NCBI GenBank assembly: GCA_003344405.1 | Contig: NOWV01000244.1 | Span: 62,001-93,142, forward strand | Direction: 5' to 3' | DNA length: 31,142 nt | Source of the DNA: Trichoplax sp. H2 | Lineage: Eukaryota | Shown here: piece by piece, positions 1 to 12,378 of the stretch | Numbering within the stretch: position 1 is the first letter of the stretch | How the letters are laid out: the number at the start of each line of letters is the position of its first letter | Notes under the pieces: generated by a model | Told to the model about the DNA's origin: nothing | Databases searched by the model: none | Seen by the model: only the letters and a program-made list of their open reading frames with translations | Made by a program: the position numbers and the translations under genes

Positions 1-1604
1 AATCACCGGACGATAAGGTAATTTCATGTTTCGTTTACCTTATAAGACCTATGTGTAGTAAAGCAGTAAGGTGCGCCAGTCATTGTAGTTGTTGGTTAGG
101 CTACTTAAGATTTAGTTGAAATATTCAATTGAAGTTTGTTACTCCAAATGGACGTTCTAATTGCAATTGGAAACGGATTATTTCTAAACTAACTGTCCGA
201 TGAATCGATAGGTTAGTAGGCATATGGACAATGATTGCAAATTTGAGAAACCTGTTAAGCGAAGTAATCGATGCTCACTTAAAGGTTGCAAAATGATTGA
301 GGTACGTATATTCGTAATTGATTAACGCTACTCAAATATGGATTGTAACGAGAATCAGCAACTGATTGGCAAATATTTACGTTAACATTCGCTTTGAATA
401 TTAGCGAACAATTTACCATTATTAAACAATTATAATCACAACGTATACATGTACAGTCTTCTATCATGGTAAATGATACTGTATTGAATTTTTGCGCTTT
501 TTTGGACTTTTGCAGCTAGTTCCTGTTGTCTGTCCTAGTTGTAAAAAAAACTTTTGCCTTAAACACCGACATGAACAGGATCATAACTGCCAACCTAGGT
601 AAAAATCATTTCATTCCCAATGAACTAAATCTTTGTTGCCCAGAGTCAAAAAGTATCGGAAATAATCAATTTTAATGGACTGAAATATCTTTTACCTGTT
701 AAAGGAAATGCACTGTTCTTTTATTTGATTATCAAATTAATTTAAGCTCCATATTTCTGGTGTATCTTCAAAATGTTTAAATTTGTCTAAACTAAAACAT
801 GTTACTCATGATCTACAACCAGTAATAGGCTCGGTACGACTAAAACCATCAATCCGAGGCCGAAATACTCTTACCAGCAATCGACATTATCACAAATTGG
901 GGGTTCACTTAACAGGTTGATTTACAATACCTAATTTAAATTATGGCTATTTAATATATCATTTCGGGTTCGTTCATACTTCAGTATTGTAACGCTTTAT
1001 AATGACAATAATAGACAAAGACAAGAGCGACTCCAAAGACAGCAATTAAGTTCGGCAAATGGCAATAAGAGACAGTTACCAGTACAAGAAAATTATGGAC
1101 AACTTCAGACTCAAATGGTAATATTTGATATCCGATATAGTACTTATATATTAGTTACATAAATGGTAGTAGAAATAAAAATTTAACTTTCCTTTACAAT
1201 TAGACAGAAGACGAAGCTTATGCGCTTGCAGTACAAGCATCTTTGGCAGATTCAGGCACGACGCATCAAGGAATGCAATCGTCAAGTTCGGCATCCAGGT
1301 TTATTTATTAACATTTTTAATTAAAGAGCAATAAATTCATTATGAACTACGCACTAAATACTAATAAAACGTCATTATTCATAAAGGCAACAAGAAGATT
1401 CTGACAAAGAATTAGCACAGGCTATCGCCGCATCATTGCAAGAATCCAACCCAACGAGGAAAGATCAGAAGGTATAGCGACCTTTTAATGTTCTTTTGAC
1501 TATTTCACTGTTACTACTGCAGTTTAGCATATTAATTAATTCTGATGTTCGATTGCTTTTTTTCTCAGAAATCGGAGAGCAAGTTTGACTGTGTTCTGTC
1601 GTAG
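1..1604 (+). CDS. ZFAND2B: AN1-type zinc finger protein 2B / AIRAPL-like, spliced, 5'-truncated by the window edge. Exons: <1-17, 212-301, 516-598, 823-915, 985(or 1015)-1117, 1204-1298, 1387-1471, 1569-1604
   Basis: Manual splicing at GT-AG junctions gives compatible phases and one open frame: SPDDK|VSRHMDNDCKFEKPVKRSNRCSLKGCKMIE|LVPVVCPSCKKNFCLKHRHEQDHNCQP (second AN1 finger, CxxCxxxFCxxHRxxxxHxC) ... QM|TEDEAYALAVQASLAD (UIM1) ... QEDSDKELAQAIAASLQE (UIM2) ... KSESKFDCVLS* (CAAX). AN1 plus two UIMs plus CAAX is the architecture of AIRAPL/ZFAND2B. The 823-915 exon and the 985/1015 acceptor are less certain. Confidence 0.92.
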
Positions 1605-4600
1605 CGTTCTGTTCAAATATGATTTTGATACTAATCGAAATACAATTTAATATCTGTCTTTTAATAATTCTGCGAGTATTTGGCATTTGTGCTATCCTGT
1701 AACGAAATATGCTCATTAAATAATATGCTATGTAATAGGTCTTTAATGTTATTAAAATATAAATATGTAAATAGATTATACAATTCGTCAGTAACTTCAC
1801 ATTATTCTGCCAAAAATAACGTAATTTAAAATGGAATTACTGATTGAAACCTGCAGGCCTTCGCTAAAACGGCACTGTACATAAAATGAATGAATTATTT
1901 CAACTTTTGTATTCGCTAATACGGACTATCGCTGAAATATTACTTCAGCCCGAATGCTCACGTACATTGATTCTTGATAGTAATAGTTATATGCTACTAT
2001 GAGCTGAATTGTATGTGAACATCACTTTACGAATTACAATTGATGTTAGTCTTACAGCTATACGCGTATATTTAATTGCCTCCGTACAAAATAATTTTCA
2101 ATTTTTTGGTTGCATTCTACCTTGCACTTGATGATTCATATTTTTAATATTGCTCCATATTCCAATCCTGATACTGGACTAGCAGTGGAAGACTGTCATG
2201 GGTATCACAATCTGTAATTATTATTATGAATATACACCTATGTAAGTAATAAATAAATGAAGCTTTAGTCAATGCATGACTTTAGAATGTGTTCCGTAAG
2301 GATTTATCTTATTCAGGATGAACATAATTATTGACTTGGCGAAGTTGTCCAGATTGCCATATGAATCATTTTATATGGGACGAAGTAGACATTGTTTTAT
2401 TTGAAAAGTGAGATTAAGATTTTGCAGCGCTGCATACGTATCTTAGTATTTCCATTTCAAAGGTGTTGTATCAGTGTTGAAATATATGCATGCTTATACA
2501 CAAATGTCATTCAAAGCAAACAATTGTAAAGTACTCACTGAGTACTATAAAATATGTTGCTCAGGTAAATCACGACATATTGCATTAACCCGATATAGGA
2601 TATGCTGTAGCTTGTTATCATTTCAAGATGGTAAAAAAAGTTAAAATTAATAACCATGAAATGTCGTTAAGTGGACAACACCTATATCATACCTAGATCA
2701 GAACATAAGTTGACTGTAACGTAAGTAGCTATGCTGCTTGCATATGTAGCAGATTGCCTTAATTGCCCCATTTAGACAGCTTGGCAGTATTTCTTCTTGT
2801 TGCTATTATAATTAACTGATTCTGTGATCCAAAGCGGAAACAAATGAATTATCATAATTACACCATTTATTATATATTATTGATTCTGTTAGAGTTTAAT
2901 CTCAAACGACTTCAGACAGTCAATTTCAGTACCTTTAACCAGTACTATCAGACATATTATTATGAAAATAATAATATGATCAAAATGGTAGCTTAAAATT
3001 TATCACTGCATGAGATGCTGTTGATATCAATACAGCACACTCTGAAAGTTTATTGGGCTATATGCGTCCAGTTCATACAAAAAAGTTAATCTAATGAGAT
3101 TCAGTACATTTTCGTAAAGCATTTGAATACATTATACGAGAGTATTAGACGAGTATTTACAGAGATCTGATCCAGAGTTTTGTTGCTGCTCTATATGAAT
3201 TATTTGAACGTCTCTTACATGCAATTAGCGTAATTATTAGTTGGCTTAGGGTACTGTGTTCTTTAAATGAGAGGCAAAAGTGTCATACTTTTAACTTGAG
3301 TAATATCAATCTTAGTCTTAGCCTAGTAGATAAAGTAAAAAATATTCTTGGACGCAGTTTACTATCGATCCAATCGTAAATTACTACTGCAGTTCTGATG
3401 TTATAAAACAGTACCTACAATAATATAGTATTACAACTACTACGAATAGAGCATTAAACATATATACGCGGTTTTACATTTAGAATAGCCGATACAATCA
3501 TCAATAGGTGCAGAAATCAAGCTTATGACAAAAGTTTCCATAGATAAAATTTTTGTGCAATTGGGAAGAACCATGAACGACTCAAAATTGATTCTTTTGC
3601 TGTAATACAATTGACTAGCTTAAAATCTCTGGAAAAGATTTCCTATGTTTATTTCGAGTCGTTAACATGACCTCTTGCTTTGCAACTTATTTGGTTGAAA
3701 TAAGAAATCAGCGCTATTCTTGTATAGTAAATGGTTAATAAGGTATTTTGTTTCATATATGATGGTTTCTAATCAAAGATTTCCATTACTTTATCCATTT
3801 TGAACCTGTCAACAATTATTAAGCCAATATCATACCTTGAAATAACTAACAATACTCACCACAAAATCTTTACGTTTGCAGCAATCACAGCCATATAGTC
3901 GAATGGCTAAGATCGAAATACTACTTATTCCCAATTCAAATTGTTGATATTGCTTTCTTGAAACGATAATTATTTCAGTAGCTATCTATGCGAATTGTAT
4001 ATTTAAATTAGAAATGGTTTTCTTATTTTGCAACGTCAATAACAAGGCTTATTACGGCTGAAATTTAACTTGATAGCATAATTATCTAAATTAACAGTTC
4101 TAATTTGCTTTATCTAAAAAATTATTCATCAGATTGCTATTAGGCTGGTCCAGGGACGCTTTGAAAATAATTGGAATAGAAAATTCTCCTTTAAAGAAAG
4201 CGAGTGCAGATTGTGAGATTATTACACGAGCGACACAATAACCAAAATGATATATTGCTAATTCTAGGATAAGTAACGCCAATTAATCAGCGAATTACGA
4301 TTACAGTTAGTACAAAAGTCTATAGAATCAAATTGAATTAACAGGCGACTACGTAAGCTATAATAAGATACATTCAATCTAAGCTTAATAGTAGATTTTT
4401 CTTTTAATTATATTTATTTAGAAGGTGAATCACTCCGAGGGTTGATTAAAATCACCTTTGCATACTGTCGTCGGAAATATTTCTTCTTGGCATAGTAAGC
4501 AAGACATGTATAGCATTTAAAATTATCACCATACCAAAAATATAAAAGTTTTACAAGCAGTAACCACAGTTGCAGGGGCAGGTAGAGATTTACATAACGT

Positions 4601-7559
4601 CGCTGTAACCTAGATGTACACATAATGACATCATCTAATATAATATTTGATACGGTAACTATCAAATATTAATCTGCGTTTAAATTTCGATCCTATATTT
4701 TATAGAAATACTACAAAAGTGATAGAATTTAAGGAGATGTTTATTCATACCAATGGTATGAAACATTTATTATTAAAGACTGCATCGGTATCAAGCGATA
4801 TTTTTAATTATAGTGGGTAAACATGCCACACCTGCTCGATGTAAGTACAATTTAACCGGATTAATTTTAAGTTCGTGTTTTGAATATTTTAATAAATGCT
4901 TCGGTGCTTTCAGTGTTAACCTTCACCTTCAATAGGTTTTTTTATAATATAGATATTACAAATTCTTTTAATGACAAATTTCACAGATACATACGTGTTT
5001 CCACTCAATGTTATAACTAGCATTCTAGTCTCATGAATTTGTCTGTTGTATAGTAAACTAACTTGCGGTGTTTACATTATCGTTGCAAGATCATGGAGTG
5101 TATCATCATTATTGGATATTATTTAAAATTCTACGATATTTAAAATATAGATAGCCGATTCAATTCGCAGATATAACATATTTAGACTCCAATCACACTT
5201 TGCTTTAAAAGATCGTTTTAAAAACCTACCAGACTCTTAGTGATCAAAGAGTACATTTACTTTTAAAGAGCAATACAACCACAGTCTACAACGGAAAAGC
5301 AGAATAGAAGAAAGAATTACTCGCTTACATGCTTCTCAATGTTTAGAACCACTTAAAATTCTAAAATACTTTCTGGGGAATAATAATTTGCCCAATTCTT
5401 CCTCTTTAGCAATATCGTCATGCGTCTATTATACTTTATTATTACCTCTTATTAATGGTAATTTACTCCGGCCAAAATTCACTCATTCTATAACTTATAC
5501 TACCCTATAAATATGACTAAATTCTCACTCATTCTTTACAATATAATGCTAAATTTTATTACAATTCTTCTTCCTTTTTTTTACAAATGGATACTTTTTT
5601 TAAAATCCTACAATAGCATTATTTTCTTACCGGTATAAAAGTGTTCTCTGATTAAATCAAACAAATCTTAACGGACTCTATTATTAAATAAATACAGTTT
5701 ATCAACTGCATGAAATCTTTATTTTATACGTTTGTCTATAGTCCAAACAGTATACCATATACCGGTGGGTATATCAGGTCGAATTGAATTCGATGTTAAC
5801 CTCCAATCCAGCTGGCTTAATTTTGCAATTGCTAACCATTATTCTCATGCTACTTCATTGTATAAGGTTCTAAATTTAGGTTTTATCAGTATACCAAGGT
5901 TAAATTAAACGCATCGGCGATTTCCTTTCCTATTCTTTGGCTAGTTCGCAGATAACTTATAACTTTAATCAACCTAAGAGCACCATTGTTTTAAGTCGCC
6001 AAATTCTATATGATAACATTTAATTTATTTCGACTCTATTCTTTCCTCTGTTCTAGCAATAAATAATTATAACCCATTGATATTAAAATTAGCGAACTGA
6101 GATCTATTAGGTGTAATAATTGTAAGAGTATACATCAAAAATAATACGATGAATTGTAGTTAGCTCATTTTATGACTACTTTTCCGGAATAAGCCCTTTT
6201 AGTGAATTAGAACAACAAGCTTCTTATTTGAGACTTTGAAATGATTTACAGCTGAATGATGGAGCAATAATCCTATCGTATTTGCTGTTATTCAATGGCT
6301 TTTAAAATAAATGGTAGACTTTACTTTGTACTTATGATATTAATATAGCTTTACCTGCCGGTATCATTGCTAAGTTCGTGTTCTTTCATGATTTAAAATA
6401 GCCCTAACGTGAATAGAATACTTTATGATTTCTAAATCAGAATAAGATTTTTATCCACATATCCACTCTTCCAGTTGTAATACAAGAATCTAATTTATTA
6501 TCATTTACTTCGACGTAAATTAGTAATATTACAAGCCATAAGATTGCGTTTCATCTAGAAAAGATTTGCTAAGTTCTATTTTGTCTTTTTGATAGAAGAA
6601 TAGCGATTGTAAATTAGTGAGCTATCCCACCAAATTCCAAAAACTGTCCTAATATGAACACTAGTTAATCAATGGCTATCTTTCCTAGATTACTTGTAAT
6701 CACAAAAAATGCTATCAACCTTTATAACTATCTTTCAAATAAATTGCTTTTTAAGCCCTGCCAATAGTAGTTGTAGTAGCTTGTCAACGTATTAGTTAAA
6801 AAAAGTCCATTCAAATGGTTGTATAGATATAGAAAGTTGATATTATTAGCTAAGCAACACACCCCACTCATGCCTTAAATGGGATCTAGAGACATTATTA
6901 AACCATTATACTAAAATAGTAGTTTTACATCAGCTGTTCATAGAGCGTTTGTTCATGTCCAAAATAGTTATTAGCTTTATGGATAGATACAATCTAATCA
7001 ATTTTTTCATGTCAAATTAAGATAGATTGATGATCGAACGAACAATTCTTATAACTACTCTTCTTTTACAAGGCGAATAACTACAGCAATGGCTGTTCAC
7101 ATTATCAAAATCCTGCTTTCATTTAAAATACAGTACTTTAAATTATCCTAAGCTTATAAGCCAATGTTGACAATATATAATTTTCTTGGCTAATAAAAAA
7201 AGTATTGTTAGCGACTTCAGGCGGTGTCCATAAACACGAAAGATTAAACTGTAGATACTTCGTAATAACCATGGGATGATTATCAGATGCTAGTAAAGAA
7301 AGTTAAAAAATTGAACTTTTTTGTTGATACTATCCCTTCATTATTGTTTAAAATTAAAATGCTTTTGAATAGCAATTTAATTCACTAAATTTTAGATTAT
7401 TATTACTCGACTTTACCAATGAAAAGGAAATCAATTTGTTCATTAAGCTGAATCAAACAACACAATTAATTCATTATAATTCAGTGCAATAATGAATTGA
7501 CGTTAAAGTGGACTATTATTGCTAACACCTACACAATTTTAAAATAGATGAATTTCCTT

Positions 7560-7577
7560 TATATATATATATATATT
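7560..7577. repeat. (TA)n microsatellite
   Basis: A run of about 9 TA dinucleotides is directly visible. Confidence 0.8.
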
Positions 7578-10500
7578 ATTTTCCCTCTTCACCTATTATA
7601 GAACATCTTAACCCTTACGCTTCCTATAGTCCGTAAAAATTGAATGTATTCAGATCAATTTTATGTCATCGTTTACAATTATAGTTCATATTTTCTTTCA
7701 TATTAACAACGTAAAAGGAGTTATTTTTCAATGCCTAAACGATGAAAGTCAAATTGCTGGAATATACAAATTACAAATCCTCAATAAATGATATAGCAAG
7801 AAGCTTATAAGTAAAATAATAAAAATTTTAAAGCAATAATGAATCATTATAAATGACTAAAGAATGGTAGAATCAAATAATACATTATAATCAATGTGGT
7901 TTTTATGAATTCTTTATTAAAAGAGTTCAAACCGTTGTCGGTAATTTGCAATAGCTTTAGGAATGCAAATTTGCTACTCGTATTGATATCATTGATGTCA
8001 TCATTGAATGCAAATATTTTCTCTTCACTTTGACCAAAGACCATGATATTCTAAAAACAAAATTAAAATACTGCATCTATTGATCTGGTATAGGAATAAC
8101 ACCCCTTTTCCATTCAAGTTGTTTTGATCTTAAATGGCTGTAGACAATACCGAAATTATTTGATAAAAATCCAAATAGTATTTGCTGTACTTTGTTTCAG
8201 GCTGATATTGCAGCCTTTAAAACTGTCAAAACTACCTCTATCTTAATCATTTCTATGATCGACTTCTCAGAATTACACTTCACTCTTTAAATCGTACAGC
8301 GAATTCTGAAAGGGACTTAAATCATATTCTCTGTATTGCTCAACTATCTTCAGAAAACAGCGTTATTCCAAGAAATAATTGTAATAACATTATTAATATC
8401 AATATAGCAAAAATATAGAATTATTGATCAGATTTTAATCCCTCATTCTAATTAATATCAACTCATTGGACAATTAGAAGTCGCTTTTTACACAAATATT
8501 CTCAAGATCTGCCTCAAAGTAAGTTAACTTCATACTATTCATGTCTGAATTGTTTTTGATTAGAAGGATTTCAACATCCAAAATATCAACTTTATTTTAT
8601 CAGTTCTTTACCTTTCAACATCATGATGCAATTTATAACTAAAATAGCAATACTCTATATAGTAGATGTCTTTAATGTTGGATTTAGTGGTAGCGATTAA
8701 GGCTAGACAAATCTGACATACCGCAGCACCTAGTTCAATTTAGCGTATAGCTCAATAAGGTGTAATTATTAACAACTTCTGTCTAGCTAAAATTTTAGAT
8801 TGTAAAATGTGGTCCGAGAAATCATTTTCAGAAAATATTTGTTCAAAATTTTTGATAGGAATAGTTGATAAAATACGGCTAATAGTCTACAAACAGAAAA
8901 TAAATTACTTTGCTGGCTTAAAATAATTCAAGATTTTCTGATATTATACGAGTATTGTCACGAAATTTGATATTTCTCATATTCTCCAAGTATCTGTTGT
9001 ATTGTTTGGTTACTACAGTAAGAAAGATCAAAATTGCCAGTAAATTGATAATATTACCATAAAATATGAATGAAAATTTTACTAATCGTATGCAATTAAC
9101 TGTTTTGCTCAGAACTAGATGAATGATATATACTATAACAGTTATGAGTGAGAAATTAGCGTAACATCTTTTTTCACTAAATCTATTAAACCGGACATTT
9201 AAGGCGCTACTATTGTGCTACTTGAAGAAGTAATTTACCCAATGCTGACTATTTTATCTTGCTTAATAGAAATAGTTTCATCGCAATTACTGTGATGCTA
9301 TACAATGTTTAATAATAGGTCAGAATAAAACGGATTTTCATATCTAATAAAGGTGTTTTATAAAGGACTAAAGAAAGAAAATACTTTCGAGTTGAGTGCT
9401 TATCAGTTCATAAAGTTTGATTGAAGATCAGTACTGTCCACATCGTAATGTCGAGTTTTGAGTGTAGATAGGCTGAAATGGCGTTACTCTTCGATTTTAG
9501 TCACGAACTGAGAAACATTAACGACATGGAAAGGATACTAGTGCCTCATTTTGTAGATGAGCCATACTATCCAATATTAATTACTACAAGTGCAAAATCT
9601 TATTGCGTAGAATGCTAGCTCATGAAGGTGTGAGAGTTTTAATAAAACTCAGATCATCTGAAACCGAATCTTATTTTAATTTTACTATCTTCGGAAGATT
9701 GATGGTAATATAGGCAAATATTTATTGTTATCACCGGTGAAATAATACAATCAGTGCAATATCAACATTATATTGCTAAGCATGAATAATTTTTATTTGC
9801 TTCTTACTAATAAACTCATTTCGGTAAAAATAATTTATAAACACCTTATGAAGTTAATTATCATCTTTAAGGCTTGCTTAAAAATTTAGTTCCAATTTTA
9901 ATTCATCTCTTCCAACATTTACAATTGAAATTATTAGAGTTTTTTTGGCTATAACATGAGTGTTCCTACGATAATTCATTAGTAATTACCAAAATTGAAA
10001 CGATGTATAGCTGTTTAAGCATGAATAATGATACGCAAAAGATGATTCTTGAATGACTCTTTCTTATTAAAAAATTTCATAATATAATTGTATCAATTTG
10101 GCCTACATACGGGATCACAGATGCTCAAACAAAGTACACTATTTTTTATTTATTACTTCTTTGCGCTGATTAATTATCGATAGAAACTAAAGATTAGTTG
10201 TCTAGATAGCAATTCAGAACTAAATTTGGACTTCTGTAAACTTACAAACTCACCCAATACCGAGATAAAGGAATCTTAAAATTTTAAATTACATAGGTGT
10301 GATTTCATTGGTAGTTATAGCGAAACTGTAATTTTATTGGGCCACCTTTAAAAATCTTCCTGAAGTGCAATATTGACAATCGCTTCACTAACATTCACGT
10401 TCCTTCTTTCATGATGATCTTGCAGCCTCTATTATTAAAACAATCTGGGTTACGTTATCTAATCTAAATAGGATGCTATTATGAAATGAATAAATTATCT

Positions 10501-10920
10501 TTCCTTTTACAATCGCTAATTGCAATTTCATTTTACTATGTATAGGTGAATGATTCTAATCGTAAACAATGGAAGATAAAAAAATGTTTTTCTAATAGCT
10601 ATTGGTCCCATTTAGCTTGATTATCAACATCCGTCATCCTTTAATTTCAATCTTCCATCGGATAAAAATCATTATAGAAGTATGCTTTTGTTATTATATT
10701 CAAAGTGGCAAAACAAGATCGAAAAATACTGATCATAAATTTATAGATTTAGGAGCTGGTTCAATAATAATAATCTATTATCACATAGGCTTTATCAATA
10801 CTTTTAGCCATAATGCATTCATGTATAATATTGTATTATAGATCAATTTTCAAATGCAAAGCTCTATATTCTATTACAATAGGTATATAGGATTTATTTT
10901 CTGTTGTATGCAATTATTAA

Positions 10921-10943
10921 TCTTCTATTTTTATTTCAAATAG
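10921..10943 (+). other. Probable 3' splice acceptor just upstream of the GPCR ATG
   Basis: Pyrimidine/T-rich tract tcttctatttttatttcaaaTAG ends 40 nt before the ATG. The frame between the acceptor and the ATG is open (SFFKTSPVDSTYT). Confidence 0.55.
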
Positions 10944-10983
10944 ATCATTTTTCAAGACATCGCCTGTTGACAGCACGTACACG

Positions 10984-12378
10984 ATGAACGAAATACCAAG
11001 TCAAGAAAGCCAACTTATTCGAACTGTTATTATGTCTGTTAGTTATTTAATTGTCGTGCTGATCGCTATACCTGGCAATATTTTTATTATTTACGCAATC
11101 GTAATTAATCGGAATACATCGATGTCCTCATCGACATTTCGACTGATATTAAATTCCGCGATAGCTGATTTGGCTTTTGCTGTATGTGCATTACCATGCA
11201 CATACATGGAGGACACATATGATAACTGGTATTTAGGTGAATTTATGTGCCTAGTCATGCGCTCAACAGCAATTATCTTAATTACTGCTTCTATTCTCTC
11301 CATGACATTTATTGCAATCGATCGATGCATTACTATGATTTACAGTAGCAGCTGGTTACAATCGCGTTGTCGTCTTACTAATAACGCACTAACAATTATT
11401 TATGTGATCATCATTTGGTTGATATCGATTGCCACAGCGGTACCACAATATACAATTATCGAATATCGCGGCCTAACATCGATTGGAGGACCATTTTGTT
11501 ACTTTGGTTTAAGCAATTTACGGCGCTTTCGTTACTATTTCCTCCTCTTTCCGATCATTTGCTTTTTAATTCCTGTAATAGTTATGATATCATGCTATGC
11601 TGCCATCGCTTATTACTTATTACGACGTAATCATCAATCATCTTTAGGCAGTCAACAAAAATGCAATAATAACAGAATTAAATATTCAAATTCAGCACTA
11701 TCAGCAAATCGTTCAGTTTCTACATCCAAAAAATCGAAAGTCCATCAGCGCGATATCAATGTCATCCGAATGTTAATTGCCACAGTAGTAACATTTCTAA
11801 TCTTTTGGCTGCCCTATAACATCTTCGTTGTCTATTTTAATGCTTTACCAGAACTCATTGACCAGGCCAGATTTAATAATAAGTATCAATTCATATTAAT
11901 ACCTGTCATGAAATTCTTAGGGTGTTGCCACTGTTGTCATAATCCTATCATCTATTTAATATTCAATAAAAATTTTCAAGCCACATTTTTCAAGATTCGA
12001 TGGATTAATTATATGACACGATGTTGCATATCAGCTAGAGTTTGCAGATCTGTTAACGTACTGCAACCAGGAACGACAACAGCAACTACATCTAATCAGA
12101 AATTTAACGTAACTGACGATCGCGATCGACGTTTAACATCGATGGAAAATATCTGGCGAGATATATGTACATCACATCGTTCAGAGCCTAAAGTATCAAA
12201 TGCCTACGCTAGTCAATATCATCAAGAATTGCGTAATCAAAATGGGCTGAAAATGTTGAGCAGCCACGGACAAATGAAATACCAAGTAACAGAATATAAT
12301 GGAATGCAAGACGAGGAGCTTCATGGCGCATTGCTGAGGGATAATTTGGCGAATAGCCAAGATCAAACCGTAGTTTAA
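10984..12378 (+). CDS. Rhodopsin-like (class A) GPCR, neuropeptide-receptor-like, uninterrupted 7TM coding region
   Basis: 464-aa ORF with seven hydrophobic segments and class A motifs: GN (TM1), SAIAD (TM2, D2.50), WYLGEFMC (ECL1/C3.25, typical of peptide receptors), DRC (DRY variant), W4.50, FLIP...Y (TM5), FWLPY (TM6), NPIIY (TM7), helix 8 NKNF, long C-tail ending QTVV. Confidence 0.95.
   Translation: MNEIPSQESQLIRTVIMSVSYLIVVLIAIPGNIFIIYAIVINRNTSMSSSTFRLILNSAIADLAFAVCALPCTYMEDTYDNWYLGEFMCLVMRSTAIILITASILSMTFIAIDRCITMIYSSSWLQSRCRLTNNALTIIYVIIIWLISIATAVPQYTIIEYRGLTSIGGPFCYFGLSNLRRFRYYFLLFPIICFLIPVIVMISCYAAIAYYLLRRNHQSSLGSQQKCNNNRIKYSNSALSANRSVSTSKKSKVHQRDINVIRMLIATVVTFLIFWLPYNIFVVYFNALPELIDQARFNNKYQFILIPVMKFLGCCHCCHNPIIYLIFNKNFQATFFKIRWINYMTRCCISARVCRSVNVLQPGTTTATTSNQKFNVTDDRDRRLTSMENIWRDICTSHRSEPKVSNAYASQYHQELRNQNGLKMLSSHGQMKYQVTEYNGMQDEELHGALLRDNLANSQDQTVV

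Noticed and set aside
279..1800. Minus-strand ORFs 279-467 and 1465-1800
   Set aside because: They are antisense to ZFAND2B exons and introns, have low-complexity AT-driven composition and no motifs.
11911..11925. TM7 lysine suggesting an opsin
   Set aside because: The Lys is at 7.39. The retinal-binding position 7.43 is Cys.
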